This document shows, piece after piece, positions 48,901-58,356 of a stretch of DNA of 64,000 nt (its first letter is position 1; each line of letters begins with the position of its first letter). The stretch is taken from assembly GCA_047602185.1 (NCBI GenBank), contig JASGHY010000001.1, positions 3,915,166-3,979,165 on the forward strand, written 5' to 3'. The DNA comes from Chitinophagaceae bacterium. GTDB taxonomy: Bacteria > Bacteroidota > Bacteroidia > Chitinophagales > Chitinophagaceae. The position numbers and the translations under genes were made by a program. The notes under the pieces were generated by a model that ran no database searches, had not been told where the DNA came from, and saw only the letters and a program-made list of their open reading frames with translations.

Positions 48901-49628
48901 TGCCATACGATGCTGTTTTCAAAAACACATCACTGGGTGGCGCTACGTTCGAATGGACCTTTGGCGATGGCGGTACTTCTACCGACATAGATCCTGTACA
49001 CAGGTATAACAATGTTGGCACCTATACTATAAAACTGATAGTAAGAGATCCCAACACCTGTAACAAGATCGATTCAACAGAATTTACCATCACTGTGAAT
49101 CCCAATCCTACAGCCGGTTTCTCTGTATCACCAGTGCCGCCGCAAGCCAATAAACCTGCTGTTTTCACTAACCTGTCAACCGGTGGTGTACAATACAAAT
49201 GGTTATTTGGCGATGGAGATTCAACCATTAAAACCACCATGGACACGGTGATGCATCAATACAATGCAACAGGCACGTACAATGCATGTCTTATTACAAC
49301 CAACCAGTTTGGCTGCTCTGATACTACCTGCAATAATGTAGAAGCTGTTGTAAATCCGCTGATGGATGTACCCAATGCATTTACACCGGGACGTTTTGGA
49401 AAGAACAGCACTATCCGCGTTGAAGGTTTTGGTATTGCCAAAATGACCTGGAGAATATACAACCGCTTTGGTCAGAAAGTATTTGAAACTGCTGATCGCA
49501 AAATGGGTTGGGATGGTACTTTTAATGGCAAACAGTTGCCGATGGAAGTATATACCTACACGCTTGATGTAGAATTTACAGACGGAACAAAAACACGGAA
49601 AACAGGTGATATAACGCTGATCCGTTAA
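45930..49628 (+). CDS. Large secreted protein with beta-propeller-type repeats, four PKD-like domains and a T9SS type-B C-terminal sorting domain
   Basis: TTG start with signal peptide ending KLTAQ. W(D/T/L)FGDG motifs occur four times. The C-terminal NAFTPG...GWDGTFNGKQLPMEVYTYTLDV...ITLIR matches the gliding-motility CTD (TIGR04131-type). Confidence 0.85.
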   Translation: MARKCLIIVAFLTMTLCKLTAQSGAAFEFIQNKGQWEKEVKFKGEFPTGAFFLEQKGFSVLQYSGDDLWALHQLRHSGNIPAGNTSSKKGATKVNGHTVVDNTGGGSGGSNSNSFIVHSHMYRVTFDGASDNASILPDKVVPSYNNYIIGNDPSKWASHVPLFQAVTYKNIYPNIDLRYYSEGGRLKYDIIVNPGGDVNQIAMKYEGADKLSVKSGELVIKTSIGEFKELAPYSYQYDKAAGKQEITASYVITNNTVRFRVANYSKSSTLIIDPTLVFCSFTGSTAENYGFTATPGPGGTFFSGSIVFGPGFRTSPGAFQENFQGGNGDQHKDIGILKFSADGSQRLYATYLGSSNGNDYPHSIISDGAGNLVVMGRTYGSNYPGSVIEKSTGSAKGCDIVVTRLLADGSNYSGSLRIGGSGPDGNNVSDLQEGDRYQANSILRFYGDDSRSEVTLDASGNIYVAAQTRSTDFPIRGGFQPNPGSTDGNQDGVVLKINPACTDMIWSSYIGGSANDGAFVISVNPLTNDVFVGGATESSAASFPGNTTGAYQTGPQGGSDGYVAQISNDGSTLIKKTYLGTNAYDAVYGIKFDRFGIPYIMGTTQGAWPVLNAAYSVANSSQFVAKLKTDLSGFIYSTVFGSGSRKPNISPVAFLVDRCENVYISGWGGWLNGSEDPFDMAGPVGMGSTPDAIKPEARSDNKDFYFIVIRKDAASRLYATFFGQTGGEGEHVDGGTSRYDEEGVIYQAICANCFGSRAGTISSPFPTTPGVWAETNGTGDRGCNLAAVKIAFNFAGVGTGVKSFVGGVADTLGCVPFTVEFRDTIHNAKTYIWDFGDGSPEITTTEFVQSHTYNNVGNFRVRLIAIDSTTCNISDTSYTTIRVRNDPATIDFDFVKLDPCESLSYRFDNLSVPAPGKAFNDTSFTWDFGDGIRVRSGITAITHAYAAAGTYNIKLILTDTSFCNAPDSVTKRLSVAANVDARFETPAMGCVPYDAVFKNTSLGGATFEWTFGDGGTSTDIDPVHRYNNVGTYTIKLIVRDPNTCNKIDSTEFTITVNPNPTAGFSVSPVPPQANKPAVFTNLSTGGVQYKWLFGDGDSTIKTTMDTVMHQYNATGTYNACLITTNQFGCSDTTCNNVEAVVNPLMDVPNAFTPGRFGKNSTIRVEGFGIAKMTWRIYNRFGQKVFETADRKMGWDGTFNGKQLPMEVYTYTLDVEFTDGTKTRKTGDITLIR

Positions 49629-49779
49629 ACGATATAAAGTAGAAAAAACAATATACTGAACATGGCAGTCAATTTGCTAATACCGGGAAGCAATCTGCAA
49701 ACAAACAGTCATTGTAAGTGTATTGTTAAAGTGAGGGTGCTTACATTAATTCCTGTACCGAACCAGTAATTTTAGGAGG

Positions 49780-50928
49780 ATGAACATCATGAGGACATTA
49801 CCGGGGATTTCACAAACATCATCTGCCAGCCCTGAAAAACAGGTTGCCTGCAAACCGTTCGATAACCATACGGCTAACCAACGGTCATGCCGCAACATAC
49901 TGTTTATATTACCTGTTTTTGTCTGCAGCTTACTGCTTACACAGCAAAGTAAAGCACAGGATTTTCACTTTTCACAATGGTTCAATTCACCCCTGTCAAC
50001 CAATCCTGCCAATACAGGCTTTATACCCGATGCCGATTATCGCATTGGTGCCAATTACCGCAACCAATGGTCATCAGTAATGTCGGTGCCTTACCAGACT
50101 TACAGTGTATGGGGCGATGCGCAGGTATTCCGTGACCGTATAGAAAGTGGCTGGATGGGCCTTGGAGGTATGATATTGAGAGATGTGGCCGGTTCCGGTA
50201 AACTAACATCTACACGCGTGTATGCATCTGCCGCCTATCACCAGATGCTGGGTGTAGCACACTTATTATCTTTTGGTGTCAATGCCGGCTGGATCAATAA
50301 ACGCATTAACAGCCTTGATCTTAAATTCCCTGACCAGTTTGACGGTAAGTTCTTCGATTCAAACCTGCCTACCAGTGTAATGCTGGATGTGCCCTCTATC
50401 AACTATTTCGATGTGCAGATAGGTGTAAACTATGCCTATTTCCCTACAGATAAGATCTATATCAATGGCGGTATCTCTGTAATGCATCTTAACCAGGCCA
50501 GGGAGTCGTTCTTTAATGATGATGCAGATGGTATTGATAACCGTATTAAACCCCGTTATAATGCCTTTGCCAATGCCAGTATAAAGGTGAACCAGGATGT
50601 TATTGTAAACCCGATGGCTTATTACAGCCGTCAAAGCAATAGCAGTGAAATAGTGGGGGGCGCTAACCTGCAGTACAACCTGAGTGGAGAAGGTGAAACC
50701 CAGTTAATAGGAGGCATTTACTATCGTCATAGCGACGCTATAATACCAATGGTAGGCTTTCAATGGAAAACGCTGAGACTTACATTTACTTACGATGCTA
50801 CTACTTCTTCTTTGAGTCAATATAATAGCTCACGCGGGGCATTTGAATTTGCACTGATGCAAAGTGGTTTTTACAACGAGTATAATGGCGATCGCAGGCA
50901 ATCGTGGTGCCCTACGTTTAAAAACTAA
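49780..50928 (+). CDS. PorP/SprF family type IX secretion system membrane protein
   Basis: AQDFHFSQWFNSPLSTNPANTGF signature, located directly downstream of a type-B CTD cargo gene. The N-region before the hydrophobic core is unusually long. Confidence 0.85.
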   Translation: MNIMRTLPGISQTSSASPEKQVACKPFDNHTANQRSCRNILFILPVFVCSLLLTQQSKAQDFHFSQWFNSPLSTNPANTGFIPDADYRIGANYRNQWSSVMSVPYQTYSVWGDAQVFRDRIESGWMGLGGMILRDVAGSGKLTSTRVYASAAYHQMLGVAHLLSFGVNAGWINKRINSLDLKFPDQFDGKFFDSNLPTSVMLDVPSINYFDVQIGVNYAYFPTDKIYINGGISVMHLNQARESFFNDDADGIDNRIKPRYNAFANASIKVNQDVIVNPMAYYSRQSNSSEIVGGANLQYNLSGEGETQLIGGIYYRHSDAIIPMVGFQWKTLRLTFTYDATTSSLSQYNSSRGAFEFALMQSGFYNEYNGDRRQSWCPTFKN

Positions 50929-51004
50929 CCATTATTTTCTGTGTAGTGTAGATATTCCTTATAAAGACAGCTTTAGAAACAAATACGGATCGGTTTGGTA
51001 AAAA

Positions 51005-51664
51005 CTAATCGATTAACTTATTGCGCATGCCATACATAATGAGGCCCGCAATAGTTTTTGCCCCTACTTTCGATTTCATATTCTGACGAATAGTTTCCAC
51101 CGTACGTGGACTCAGGAATACTTCCTTTGATATTTCTTCGGTGGTTTTATCTTCTGCCAATAGCTTCAGGATGCGCACCTCCTTTTCTGAAAACTTGATG
51201 GGATTGGGATAGAACTGCCTTACCTGTTTTTTGGTTTGCAGTTTGGAGAGAACGGCTTTATTAACAAGGTCGTTAAAGTAAAAGTCATCGTTCATGCAGG
51301 TGAGGATAGCCTGGTAAATTTCGTCAGGGTCACTGGTTTTGGTAAGATAGGCGTTGGCGCCCATTTCCATCATTTTAGTGATCATCTCCTGGTCATCGTA
51401 CATCGTAAGCACAATGATCTTTACTTCGCTATGCTCTTTTCTGAGAATGCCTATTGCATTTACACCATCCACTTCGGGCATCCTGATGTCCATTAATAGT
51501 ACGTCAGGCTTTTTAAGCTGCATTTTATGCATCAGATCTCTTCCATCTTCAGCTTCCCAGAGTATCTTCAAATATTCCTTTCCTTTCAACGCCATTTTAA
51601 TACCATCACGGAATATCTTATGATCATCCGCAATAGATACTTTGATAACCAGCTCAGTGCTCAT
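51005..51664 (-). CDS. NarL/LuxR-family response regulator (no adjacent kinase)
   Basis: Receiver domain (DVLLMDIRMP) plus LuxR HTH (FSEKEVRILKLLAEDKTTEEISKEVFLSPRTVE). Confidence 0.9.
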   Translation of the reverse strand: MSTELVIKVSIADDHKIFRDGIKMALKGKEYLKILWEAEDGRDLMHKMQLKKPDVLLMDIRMPEVDGVNAIGILRKEHSEVKIIVLTMYDDQEMITKMMEMGANAYLTKTSDPDEIYQAILTCMNDDFYFNDLVNKAVLSKLQTKKQVRQFYPNPIKFSEKEVRILKLLAEDKTTEEISKEVFLSPRTVETIRQNMKSKVGAKTIAGLIMYGMRNKLID

Positions 51665-52706
51665 AGTGGGTAGGTTTGGCTTTTAATGGGTTATTAATTT
51701 AATGGTCAAAGCTTTGGTTCGTATTCCACAGTTCGCATACACTCAAGGGTTACAACACACCCTGTTATACTAGAGCACCATACACATGCTATTACCGCAC
51801 AATTCATAAGCACTGCATGCTATTATATATTTTCCCGCTTCCTTTCCTGCTATGGTTCTTTTGCCTTAAGTCAACTCTATAAAAATCATCCGTTTATAAA
51901 CGTAAAAACGGCGAGCTAATTTCGTAAAAAATAAGAAACCTTTATAGAAGAGAGTTTTTTGCTCTATATCAATAATCGTAATTATCCGATACCTAAGACC
52001 GATATTTTACTATTGCACAGGTAATTACTGTATTGAGAAAAACGGGCAAATATGCTCTTGCACCCTTCTGAACCGGATATTATTTTTGATATCGAAGTTG
52101 ATTGGTAGACGGATAAGGCAACCTCATAACTATCCAATGTCCTAGTTTACCGTCCAATAAAGAATTTCCAATTATCTTATGAAAAGTACCAGTCAAATCC
52201 AATATCAGTCAACTTCTTCTTTTTTTTGAAATGCTGATAAACACAGCAATGGGCAGGAAACCCGGAATTATGATCCTGCAGCATTAAACCTTCCTCAGAA
52301 TCTTATCCTTTTTGTACAGACACCAGAGTTCGGCATGCTTTTTACGGTATTTACCTGGTAGTCCATACAACACCTCGGCCCCGTTTTTAAAATCCTCGTA
52401 AACATTTTACAGCTCCGCAGGCTTATCCACAGTTTGTGGGAAAATGTGCACAACTTTTTTTCCCTGTTCGTAAATTTTCATTTGACTATGCGAAAATTAC
52501 GACCGTAAAAATACTATTTTGAAGGGGAAATTCTACTCATTTTTAAATCGTATAGTTACCTTAAAAATCCTCGCAAATGCACTATACATCACCACTTCAG
52601 GCAAATTAAGCTATTTCAGGCATCTTCTCTACCCGTTGTCAGTCTTTTTTTTTTAGAGGTTTTTTACGTCCGAATCTGTCATTCTAAACCTCTAAAAACT
52701 ACTTCT

Positions 52707-53111
52707 ATGACGCAAAATCAACTCACCACAAAAAGAGCAATTGCTTCGATTGGTGAAGAGATCGGTTATGAGCTCGGTACCCAAATGGTTAATGATTATC
52801 AGGTAGCAAATCCAAATGATGTTCATTCCTATGTAATTGGCCGCAACATTATCGATCAGATTCTGGCACAACCTGGTTGTGTAGGATTACGTTTTTATAA
52901 TGCCTACAACGAAATGGGCGAAAAAACGCTGGTTTACGTAGGTCTTGATTCCAAAGGCAAAAGCATCCTGGAATTCACCACAGTTGATAACCAGGGCAAA
53001 CTGGGTATCGAAAAAGGCATTGTTGCTGATCGCATTATCAACCCCCGCTTCCCACCACAAACTACTACTGAGGAAGAAGAAGATTTTCAATGGGGTTGGA
53101 ATATAGATTAA
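52707..53111 (+). CDS. Hypothetical protein (134 aa, acidic C-terminal tail)
   Basis: The ORF follows a 10-bp inverted repeat in its leader (ttagaggttt / aaacctctaa). I recognise no family. Confidence 0.5.
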   Translation: MTQNQLTTKRAIASIGEEIGYELGTQMVNDYQVANPNDVHSYVIGRNIIDQILAQPGCVGLRFYNAYNEMGEKTLVYVGLDSKGKSILEFTTVDNQGKLGIEKGIVADRIINPRFPPQTTTEEEEDFQWGWNID

Positions 53112-53216
53112 AGATATCTTTTATATTATTTGAATTTCAGTATGCCTTTTCTATATTTGACGCAAAATATTAATAATTAAGGCGTACATCACAGATATTA
53201 GCATAGCGTCGCATCT

Positions 53217-53279
53217 ACTACCCTTATTATTTTATCTTATATTTCTAAGCAGGAATAAAGATAAAATAATAAGGGTAGT
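53217..53279. promoter_or_regulatory. 22-bp perfect inverted repeat with 19-nt loop
   Basis: actacccttattattttatctt (53217-53238) pairs with aagataaaataataagggtagt (53258-53279). No clear T-run follows. Confidence 0.4.
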
Positions 53280-53316
53280 TGTATTATACTCACTCTATTC
53301 GTTCCTCAACGAAATT

Positions 53317-53868
53317 GTGATGGCAAGGCTCATTACCAATAATAACCAGAGCTATAGCCAGATCATGTTCAGTGCTTTTACACTGGTAGAATACTCTCTC
53401 TTTACCACCGCAATTTACCTGGCACTGAAAAGAAAACTGTTCAAACGTATTGTACTTTCCAGTGTTCCTCTTTTTTTAGCCGCCTATGTTTTAAGCTTTA
53501 TCTTTTTTGCCAAAGACACGGCAGACTCTATTTCTATTACAGTGGAGTATTCGCTGGTTATTGTGTCGGCCCTGTTATATTTTTTTGAAGAGATTAATCA
53601 GCCAAATACTACGTTTATATATTCATCGTTCCAGTTCTGGGCAATTGTAGGCATCCTCATTTACTCAACCGGAACCTTTTTTCTGTTCATGTATTCGCAA
53701 GCCCTGAGCTATGAAGAATGGAGTAAGTGGGAGATCATCAACTATGTGTTTACGTGGATCAAGAATATGTGCTTCAGTGTGGCAGCCTGTTTACCTAAAA
53801 AAAGCAATAACTTTTCAGAACCGGAGGAAAAACTATTTCCTGACCCTTTTTATAACCGAACGCACTAA
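53317..53868 (+). CDS. Polytopic membrane protein, paralog of 55723-56373
   Basis: Five or six hydrophobic segments. Shares FQFWAIVGILIYSTGTFFLF with [18 protein letters not shown] in the paralog. Confidence 0.6.
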   Translation: MMARLITNNNQSYSQIMFSAFTLVEYSLFTTAIYLALKRKLFKRIVLSSVPLFLAAYVLSFIFFAKDTADSISITVEYSLVIVSALLYFFEEINQPNTTFIYSSFQFWAIVGILIYSTGTFFLFMYSQALSYEEWSKWEIINYVFTWIKNMCFSVAACLPKKSNNFSEPEEKLFPDPFYNRTH

Positions 53869-53887
53869 ACCCATTTAACCCCATCCC

Positions 53888-54751
53888 TTGTACAAACTAC
53901 CCATTATACTGCAAGCCAACCCCGGAAGTCCCGTTTCGGTGGTGCTGTTTTTTGGCACCGTAGGCATGCTGGCGTTAACAATCGGGTTGATTGTATTTAT
54001 CATTTTTCACCAACGTAAGGTTATCCGCTATCAAATGCGGTTGCAAAGATTGGAACAAGAACAACAGAAGATGTTGCTCAATGCGTCTATTCGTTTACAG
54101 GAAGAAGAAAGACAGCGCATTGCGGCAGATTTACACGACGATGCCGGCCCCCTGCTGGCTACAGCCAGGCTCTATTTGAATGAAAATCTGGTGAACCTGG
54201 ATAAAACAACCCAGCTGCAGAGTATCTACAATGCCAAACAGATCATTGATGACACGATCCAGCTCATCCGTAACATCTCGCACAGCCTGATGCCGCCCAC
54301 CCTTAAAAACTTCGGGCTTGAATCGGCAGTGAACGACCTATTCCAAAAGATCAGCGGCTCAGGCAGTATGAACGCCAGTTGCCGTTTTCACGATTACCGC
54401 GAGCGCCTGCACCCTGACCAGGAGCTAATCATCTTCCGCGTTATACAAGAGCTGGTAAACAACATTCTGAAACATAGCAACGCCAGCTTTATCCACCTTA
54501 CCCAGAACCTGGGTGGCAATAAACTGTACATCAGGCTGCACCACGATGGACGCGGCATTACCCAGGCTGATTTTGAGAAGCTGAATAAGAGTAATGTGGG
54601 GCTGGGCCTGAAGAATATCCAGAGCCGTTTAAAACTATTGCACGGACGTATCTTTTTCGAAAAGGATATGTCACAAACCTATTATAAAGTTACTATTGAG
54701 ATACCAAGGCAGGGAGAAGAACTGTCAGAAGAAACTACTATGGTAATATAA
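53888..54751 (+). CDS. Histidine kinase (single TM, HisKA_3-type DHp, HATPase_c)
   Basis: TTG start, H-box ERQRIAADLHDDAGPLL, N-box ELVNNILKHSNA and G-box GLGLKNIQSRL. Confidence 0.9.
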   Translation: MYKLPIILQANPGSPVSVVLFFGTVGMLALTIGLIVFIIFHQRKVIRYQMRLQRLEQEQQKMLLNASIRLQEEERQRIAADLHDDAGPLLATARLYLNENLVNLDKTTQLQSIYNAKQIIDDTIQLIRNISHSLMPPTLKNFGLESAVNDLFQKISGSGSMNASCRFHDYRERLHPDQELIIFRVIQELVNNILKHSNASFIHLTQNLGGNKLYIRLHHDGRGITQADFEKLNKSNVGLGLKNIQSRLKLLHGRIFFEKDMSQTYYKVTIEIPRQGEELSEETTMVI

Positions 54752-54881
54752 AAGCATTGTTGGCAAAAAGGGTTGCCGTTTGCACCAATAAAACAGACTA
54801 TTGTTGCAGAAGCTTTCCCTGTTTGCCTAATTTCAGTAATTTAGAGAACCAATATCAACGCCAATATCAATAGAACGAACA

Positions 54882-55538
54882 ATGGGACCCATTAAAGTTG
54901 CGATAGCCGACGACCACAAGATATTCCGCAAGGGGGTTATTTTATCGTTACGGCCCTACACCAATATCAGATTTGTACTGGAAGCAGAAAATGGGCAGGA
55001 ATTATTAGATAGTCTCCCGGCAGCCTCAGAATCGCCGGACGTTATCCTGATGGATCTGCGCATGCCGCAGAAGGATGGCATCGAAACCACTAAAATCATT
55101 GCCAAACAGTTTCCCCACATTCATGTAATTGCGCTCACGATGTATGAGGATGAGCGTTTTGTAAGCCATATGATGGAAATCGGCGCTAATGGCTACCTGC
55201 TGAAAAGCGCTGATCCTGCTGAAATTAAAAAAGCCATTATGGAGGTAATGAGCAAGGGCTATTATCTCAACAACTTCGTAAACCGCATACTGCTTAAGAA
55301 ATCACACGCAAGGGTAAAGGTAGTACCCAGTCTTACCAATGAAATTACCCTCAGCGACCGTGAGCGGGATGTCATCAAATACATCTGTATGGAGTTCACA
55401 GCCCATGAAATTGCCCAGAAACTGGAAGTCAGCCCACGTACAGTAGAGGCTATTAAAGACAGGCTGATGGAGCGTTTTGGAGCAAAAAATACTGCAGGAC
55501 TGGTGTTTTTCGCCGTTAAGAACAACCTGATCGATTAA
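54882..55538 (+). CDS. NarL/LuxR-family response regulator
   Basis: Receiver domain (DVILMDLRMP) plus LuxR HTH (LSDRERDVIKYICMEFTAHEIAQKLEVSPRTVE). Paralog of 51005-51664. Confidence 0.9.
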   Translation: MGPIKVAIADDHKIFRKGVILSLRPYTNIRFVLEAENGQELLDSLPAASESPDVILMDLRMPQKDGIETTKIIAKQFPHIHVIALTMYEDERFVSHMMEIGANGYLLKSADPAEIKKAIMEVMSKGYYLNNFVNRILLKKSHARVKVVPSLTNEITLSDRERDVIKYICMEFTAHEIAQKLEVSPRTVEAIKDRLMERFGAKNTAGLVFFAVKNNLID

Positions 55539-55566
55539 TCGCTTGCCATATTCAAACTTAATGCAT

Positions 55567-55597
55567 CACCTGTCTGCCATGGACAGGTGTTTTTTTA
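55567..55597 (+). terminator. Rho-independent terminator after the response regulator
   Basis: cacctgtc (55567-55574) / gacaggtg (55582-55589) followed by tttttttt. Confidence 0.8.
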
Positions 55598-55722
55598 TGT
55601 ATCAATAATGAATCTGCAAGATTTATATATTTGATTACTTTTGCCTTCCCTTATACACTCCTGCATATACTATTGAAAACCCCACCCTATGGAAGACCGG
55701 TTTGTTCCTGAACTAACTAAAC

Positions 55723-56373
55723 ATGGTGATAACCGGCCACAGCATAATAAACGCCTTTTCGTTGGTAAACATCCTGTTGCCTTTAGGGCCGATATGGATC
55801 TTACTGGTGCAACGCACAGAGCGTTCTGCATGGGCTAACTGGTTGCTAACACTTTGCATTTATAGCTTCTGCACCAGCCTGATCCCCTTTCTGCCGGTAA
55901 TACAGCATTTTTCATCCGCTGTTACCCCACTTACAGCCCTGATTGAATTTACCCTTCAATACTACCTGTTACGACAATTGATAACACAGGGTAAATCAAA
56001 AGACCTGCTACAGTTATTGCTCGTAGCATTTGTATCAATTGTTCTTACGCTGTACTGGCAACAGGGAACCAGTGTTTATCACAGGCAGATCAATGTTATT
56101 GAATCGGGGGTATTGATATTTTTGTCGCTGGCAGGACTTATTCAATTAACTTTTCAACGGCAGATAGTGATCTTTCGCTCTCCGCTATTCTGGATAGCCT
56201 GTGGTACGCTTATTTTTTATGGTAACAGGTTACTGATAGAATACCTTGCCGGCATCTCACCGGTTTCACCTGAAGTAGAGCAGCAGAAACTCCTGCTGGG
56301 AACTGTTAGTAATGCATTCCGGATGCTAACCTTTATAGTGGCTACCCGGATCAGGTCTACCACCTATTTTTAG
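55723..56373 (+). CDS. Polytopic membrane protein, paralog of 53317-53868
   Basis: Six hydrophobic segments. Its stop overlaps the convergent scoB stop by 4 nt. Confidence 0.55.
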   Translation: MVITGHSIINAFSLVNILLPLGPIWILLVQRTERSAWANWLLTLCIYSFCTSLIPFLPVIQHFSSAVTPLTALIEFTLQYYLLRQLITQGKSKDLLQLLLVAFVSIVLTLYWQQGTSVYHRQINVIESGVLIFLSLAGLIQLTFQRQIVIFRSPLFWIACGTLIFYGNRLLIEYLAGISPVSPEVEQQKLLLGTVSNAFRMLTFIVATRIRSTTYF

Positions 56374-57029
56374 ATTACCATTTCAGGTATTTCACCTTTT
56401 ATAACCAGTTTACCAGCTGTTTTTTGTTGTATCTCTTCAACTGTTACACCCGGCGCTCTTTCTACCAGTAAAAAGCCGCCACCGGGTAATACATCCATTA
56501 CCGCCAGATCAGACACAATGCGCTTAACGCATTGTACACCCGTTAGCGGCAGTGTACAGGCCGGTAATACCTTTGATTCACCTTTGGGATTGGTATGCAT
56601 CATGGCCACAATAATGTTCTTGGCACTGGCAACCAGGTCCATAGCGCCCCCCATCCCTTTTACCATTTTACCGGGGATCTTCCAATTGGCAATATCACCG
56701 TTCTCAGACACTTCCATTGCGCCCAATACGGTCAGGTCAACCTTCCCCGCCCTGATCATACCAAAGCTCTCAGCACTATCGAAGAAGACGCCACCGGGTA
56801 AAACCGTTACGGTTTCTTTACCAGCATTGATAAGATCGGCATCTATTTCATCTTCAACAGGGTAAGGCCCCATGCCCAGCATCCCATTCTCAGACTGGAG
56901 CATAATAGAAATGCCTGCAGGAATATAATTAGCAACTAATGTAGGGATACCGATACCAAGGTTTACGTACATACCATCGCGCAATTCCTGTGCAATACGT
57001 TTTGCAATTCCGAATTTATCTAAAGCCAT
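56370..57029 (-). CDS. scoB: 3-oxoacid CoA-transferase subunit B
   Basis: Catalytic-Glu motif LQSENGMLG. Adjacent to subunit A. Confidence 0.9.
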   Translation of the reverse strand: MALDKFGIAKRIAQELRDGMYVNLGIGIPTLVANYIPAGISIMLQSENGMLGMGPYPVEDEIDADLINAGKETVTVLPGGVFFDSAESFGMIRAGKVDLTVLGAMEVSENGDIANWKIPGKMVKGMGGAMDLVASAKNIIVAMMHTNPKGESKVLPACTLPLTGVQCVKRIVSDLAVMDVLPGGGFLLVERAPGVTVEEIQQKTAGKLVIKGEIPEMVI

Positions 57030-57079
57030 AGTTTTTTGTTGAATTGTGAAATAGGAAACACAGAAGCTGGAGGAACGAA

Positions 57080-57772
57080 TTACATCTTTACAGTCTTCCT
57101 CTCAATCCTCTTTTCGTAGTTGCCACCTTCAAATATGCGATGTACATAAATACCCGGCACATGAATACTATCTGGCTCAAGCTCACCGGGTTGTACAAGG
57201 TGTTCAACTTCTGCAATAGTAATATTACCTGCCTTTGCCATGGAAGTCGAAAAATTGCGTGTTGTTTTGCGGAAAACAAGGTTACCAAAGGTATCACCCT
57301 TCCATGCTTTCACTATTGCGAAATCTGCATGCAGTGCATGCTCCATAAGGTAATGCTTGCCATTGAATGTACGTACTTCCTTGCCCTCTGCTATTTCGGT
57401 ACCATAACCAGCAGGAGTAAAAAAAGCAGGAATACCCATACCAGCCATTTGTATGCGTGTCGCAAGTGTTCCCTGTGGTAACAGTTCTACTTCCAGTTCG
57501 CCGCTTAGCAACTGCCGTTCAAATTCAGCATTCTCGCCAACGTATGAACTCATCATTTTTTTGATCTGGCGGGTCTTTAATAACAGGCCCAGGCCAAAAT
57601 CATCGACTCCAGCATTATTAGAAATACAGGTGAGCTGAGAGACTCCTTTCTGTACAAGAGCTGTAATACAGTTTTCGGGGATACCACATAAACCAAAACC
57701 ACCAAGCATAATGGTGGCGCCATCAGTAATATCATGAATGGCTGCCTGTGCATCGGCAACAACTTTGTTCAT
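57080..57772 (-). CDS. scoA: 3-oxoacid CoA-transferase subunit A
   Basis: [14 protein letters not shown]-terminal motif, 230 aa. Confidence 0.9.
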   Translation of the reverse strand: MNKVVADAQAAIHDITDGATIMLGGFGLCGIPENCITALVQKGVSQLTCISNNAGVDDFGLGLLLKTRQIKKMMSSYVGENAEFERQLLSGELEVELLPQGTLATRIQMAGMGIPAFFTPAGYGTEIAEGKEVRTFNGKHYLMEHALHADFAIVKAWKGDTFGNLVFRKTTRNFSTSMAKAGNITIAEVEHLVQPGELEPDSIHVPGIYVHRIFEGGNYEKRIERKTVKM

Positions 57773-57951
57773 ATCAGCAGCAATTTAGGAGGTAAAAGTA
57801 TTCAATCCGGGCAACAATTGCTTACGAATTATTCTAATATATTCATAGCGATTGCTCCCAACAAGTCCTGCAAATAAACTTATTATCTGACCATTAAGAA
57901 TGTCAGATCTTAAAAAGGGAGGCGAATTACAAAGCTAGCTATTCGAAGAAT

Positions 57952-58356
57952 TTAACTCACGGGCTTTAGCGTAGCAGGAGGCGGAGGATCTTGTTTTTTA
58001 TTTATACTGTCTGCAGCTGCATTTTTTATCCTTGACACCTTTGTCACTAAGGAGTCGAACATTACACGTGCAATATCAGGCCGGCTTACATAAAAGCGAT
58101 AGCTTTTTGTAAACTCTTCACGTGATATTTTATGCAGCTGAAAAACCTGGTCGTATAAAGTAAACATTTCAGGCTTTATATCTCTTTTCACAGAGTCTTT
58201 CATCAGGAACTGCGCTGAAAAGCGATCGGCCTGTATCATATCCCACATCACCTTCCCCATTTCATCCTGTGACAATACATCACCGGGGATACGATCTTTA
58301 TCAGAGCAGGCAACGAATAAACCTGCCGCAATACAACATGCAATAACTAATTTCAT
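57952..58356 (-). CDS. Lipoprotein, DUF4296-like
   Basis: Lipobox GLFVACS. 4-nt overlap with the upstream DUF4835 gene. The family name is from memory. Confidence 0.5.
   Translation of the reverse strand: MKLVIACCIAAGLFVACSDKDRIPGDVLSQDEMGKVMWDMIQADRFSAQFLMKDSVKRDIKPEMFTLYDQVFQLHKISREEFTKSYRFYVSRPDIARVMFDSLVTKVSRIKNAAADSINKKQDPPPPATLKPVS

Noticed and set aside
51665-52706. Degraded histidine kinase gene upstream of the orphan response regulator at 51005-51664
   Set aside because: I translated much of the minus strand by eye and saw frequent stops. There was no H-box, N-box or G-box resembling the kinase at 53888-54751. A sensitive search could still find traces.
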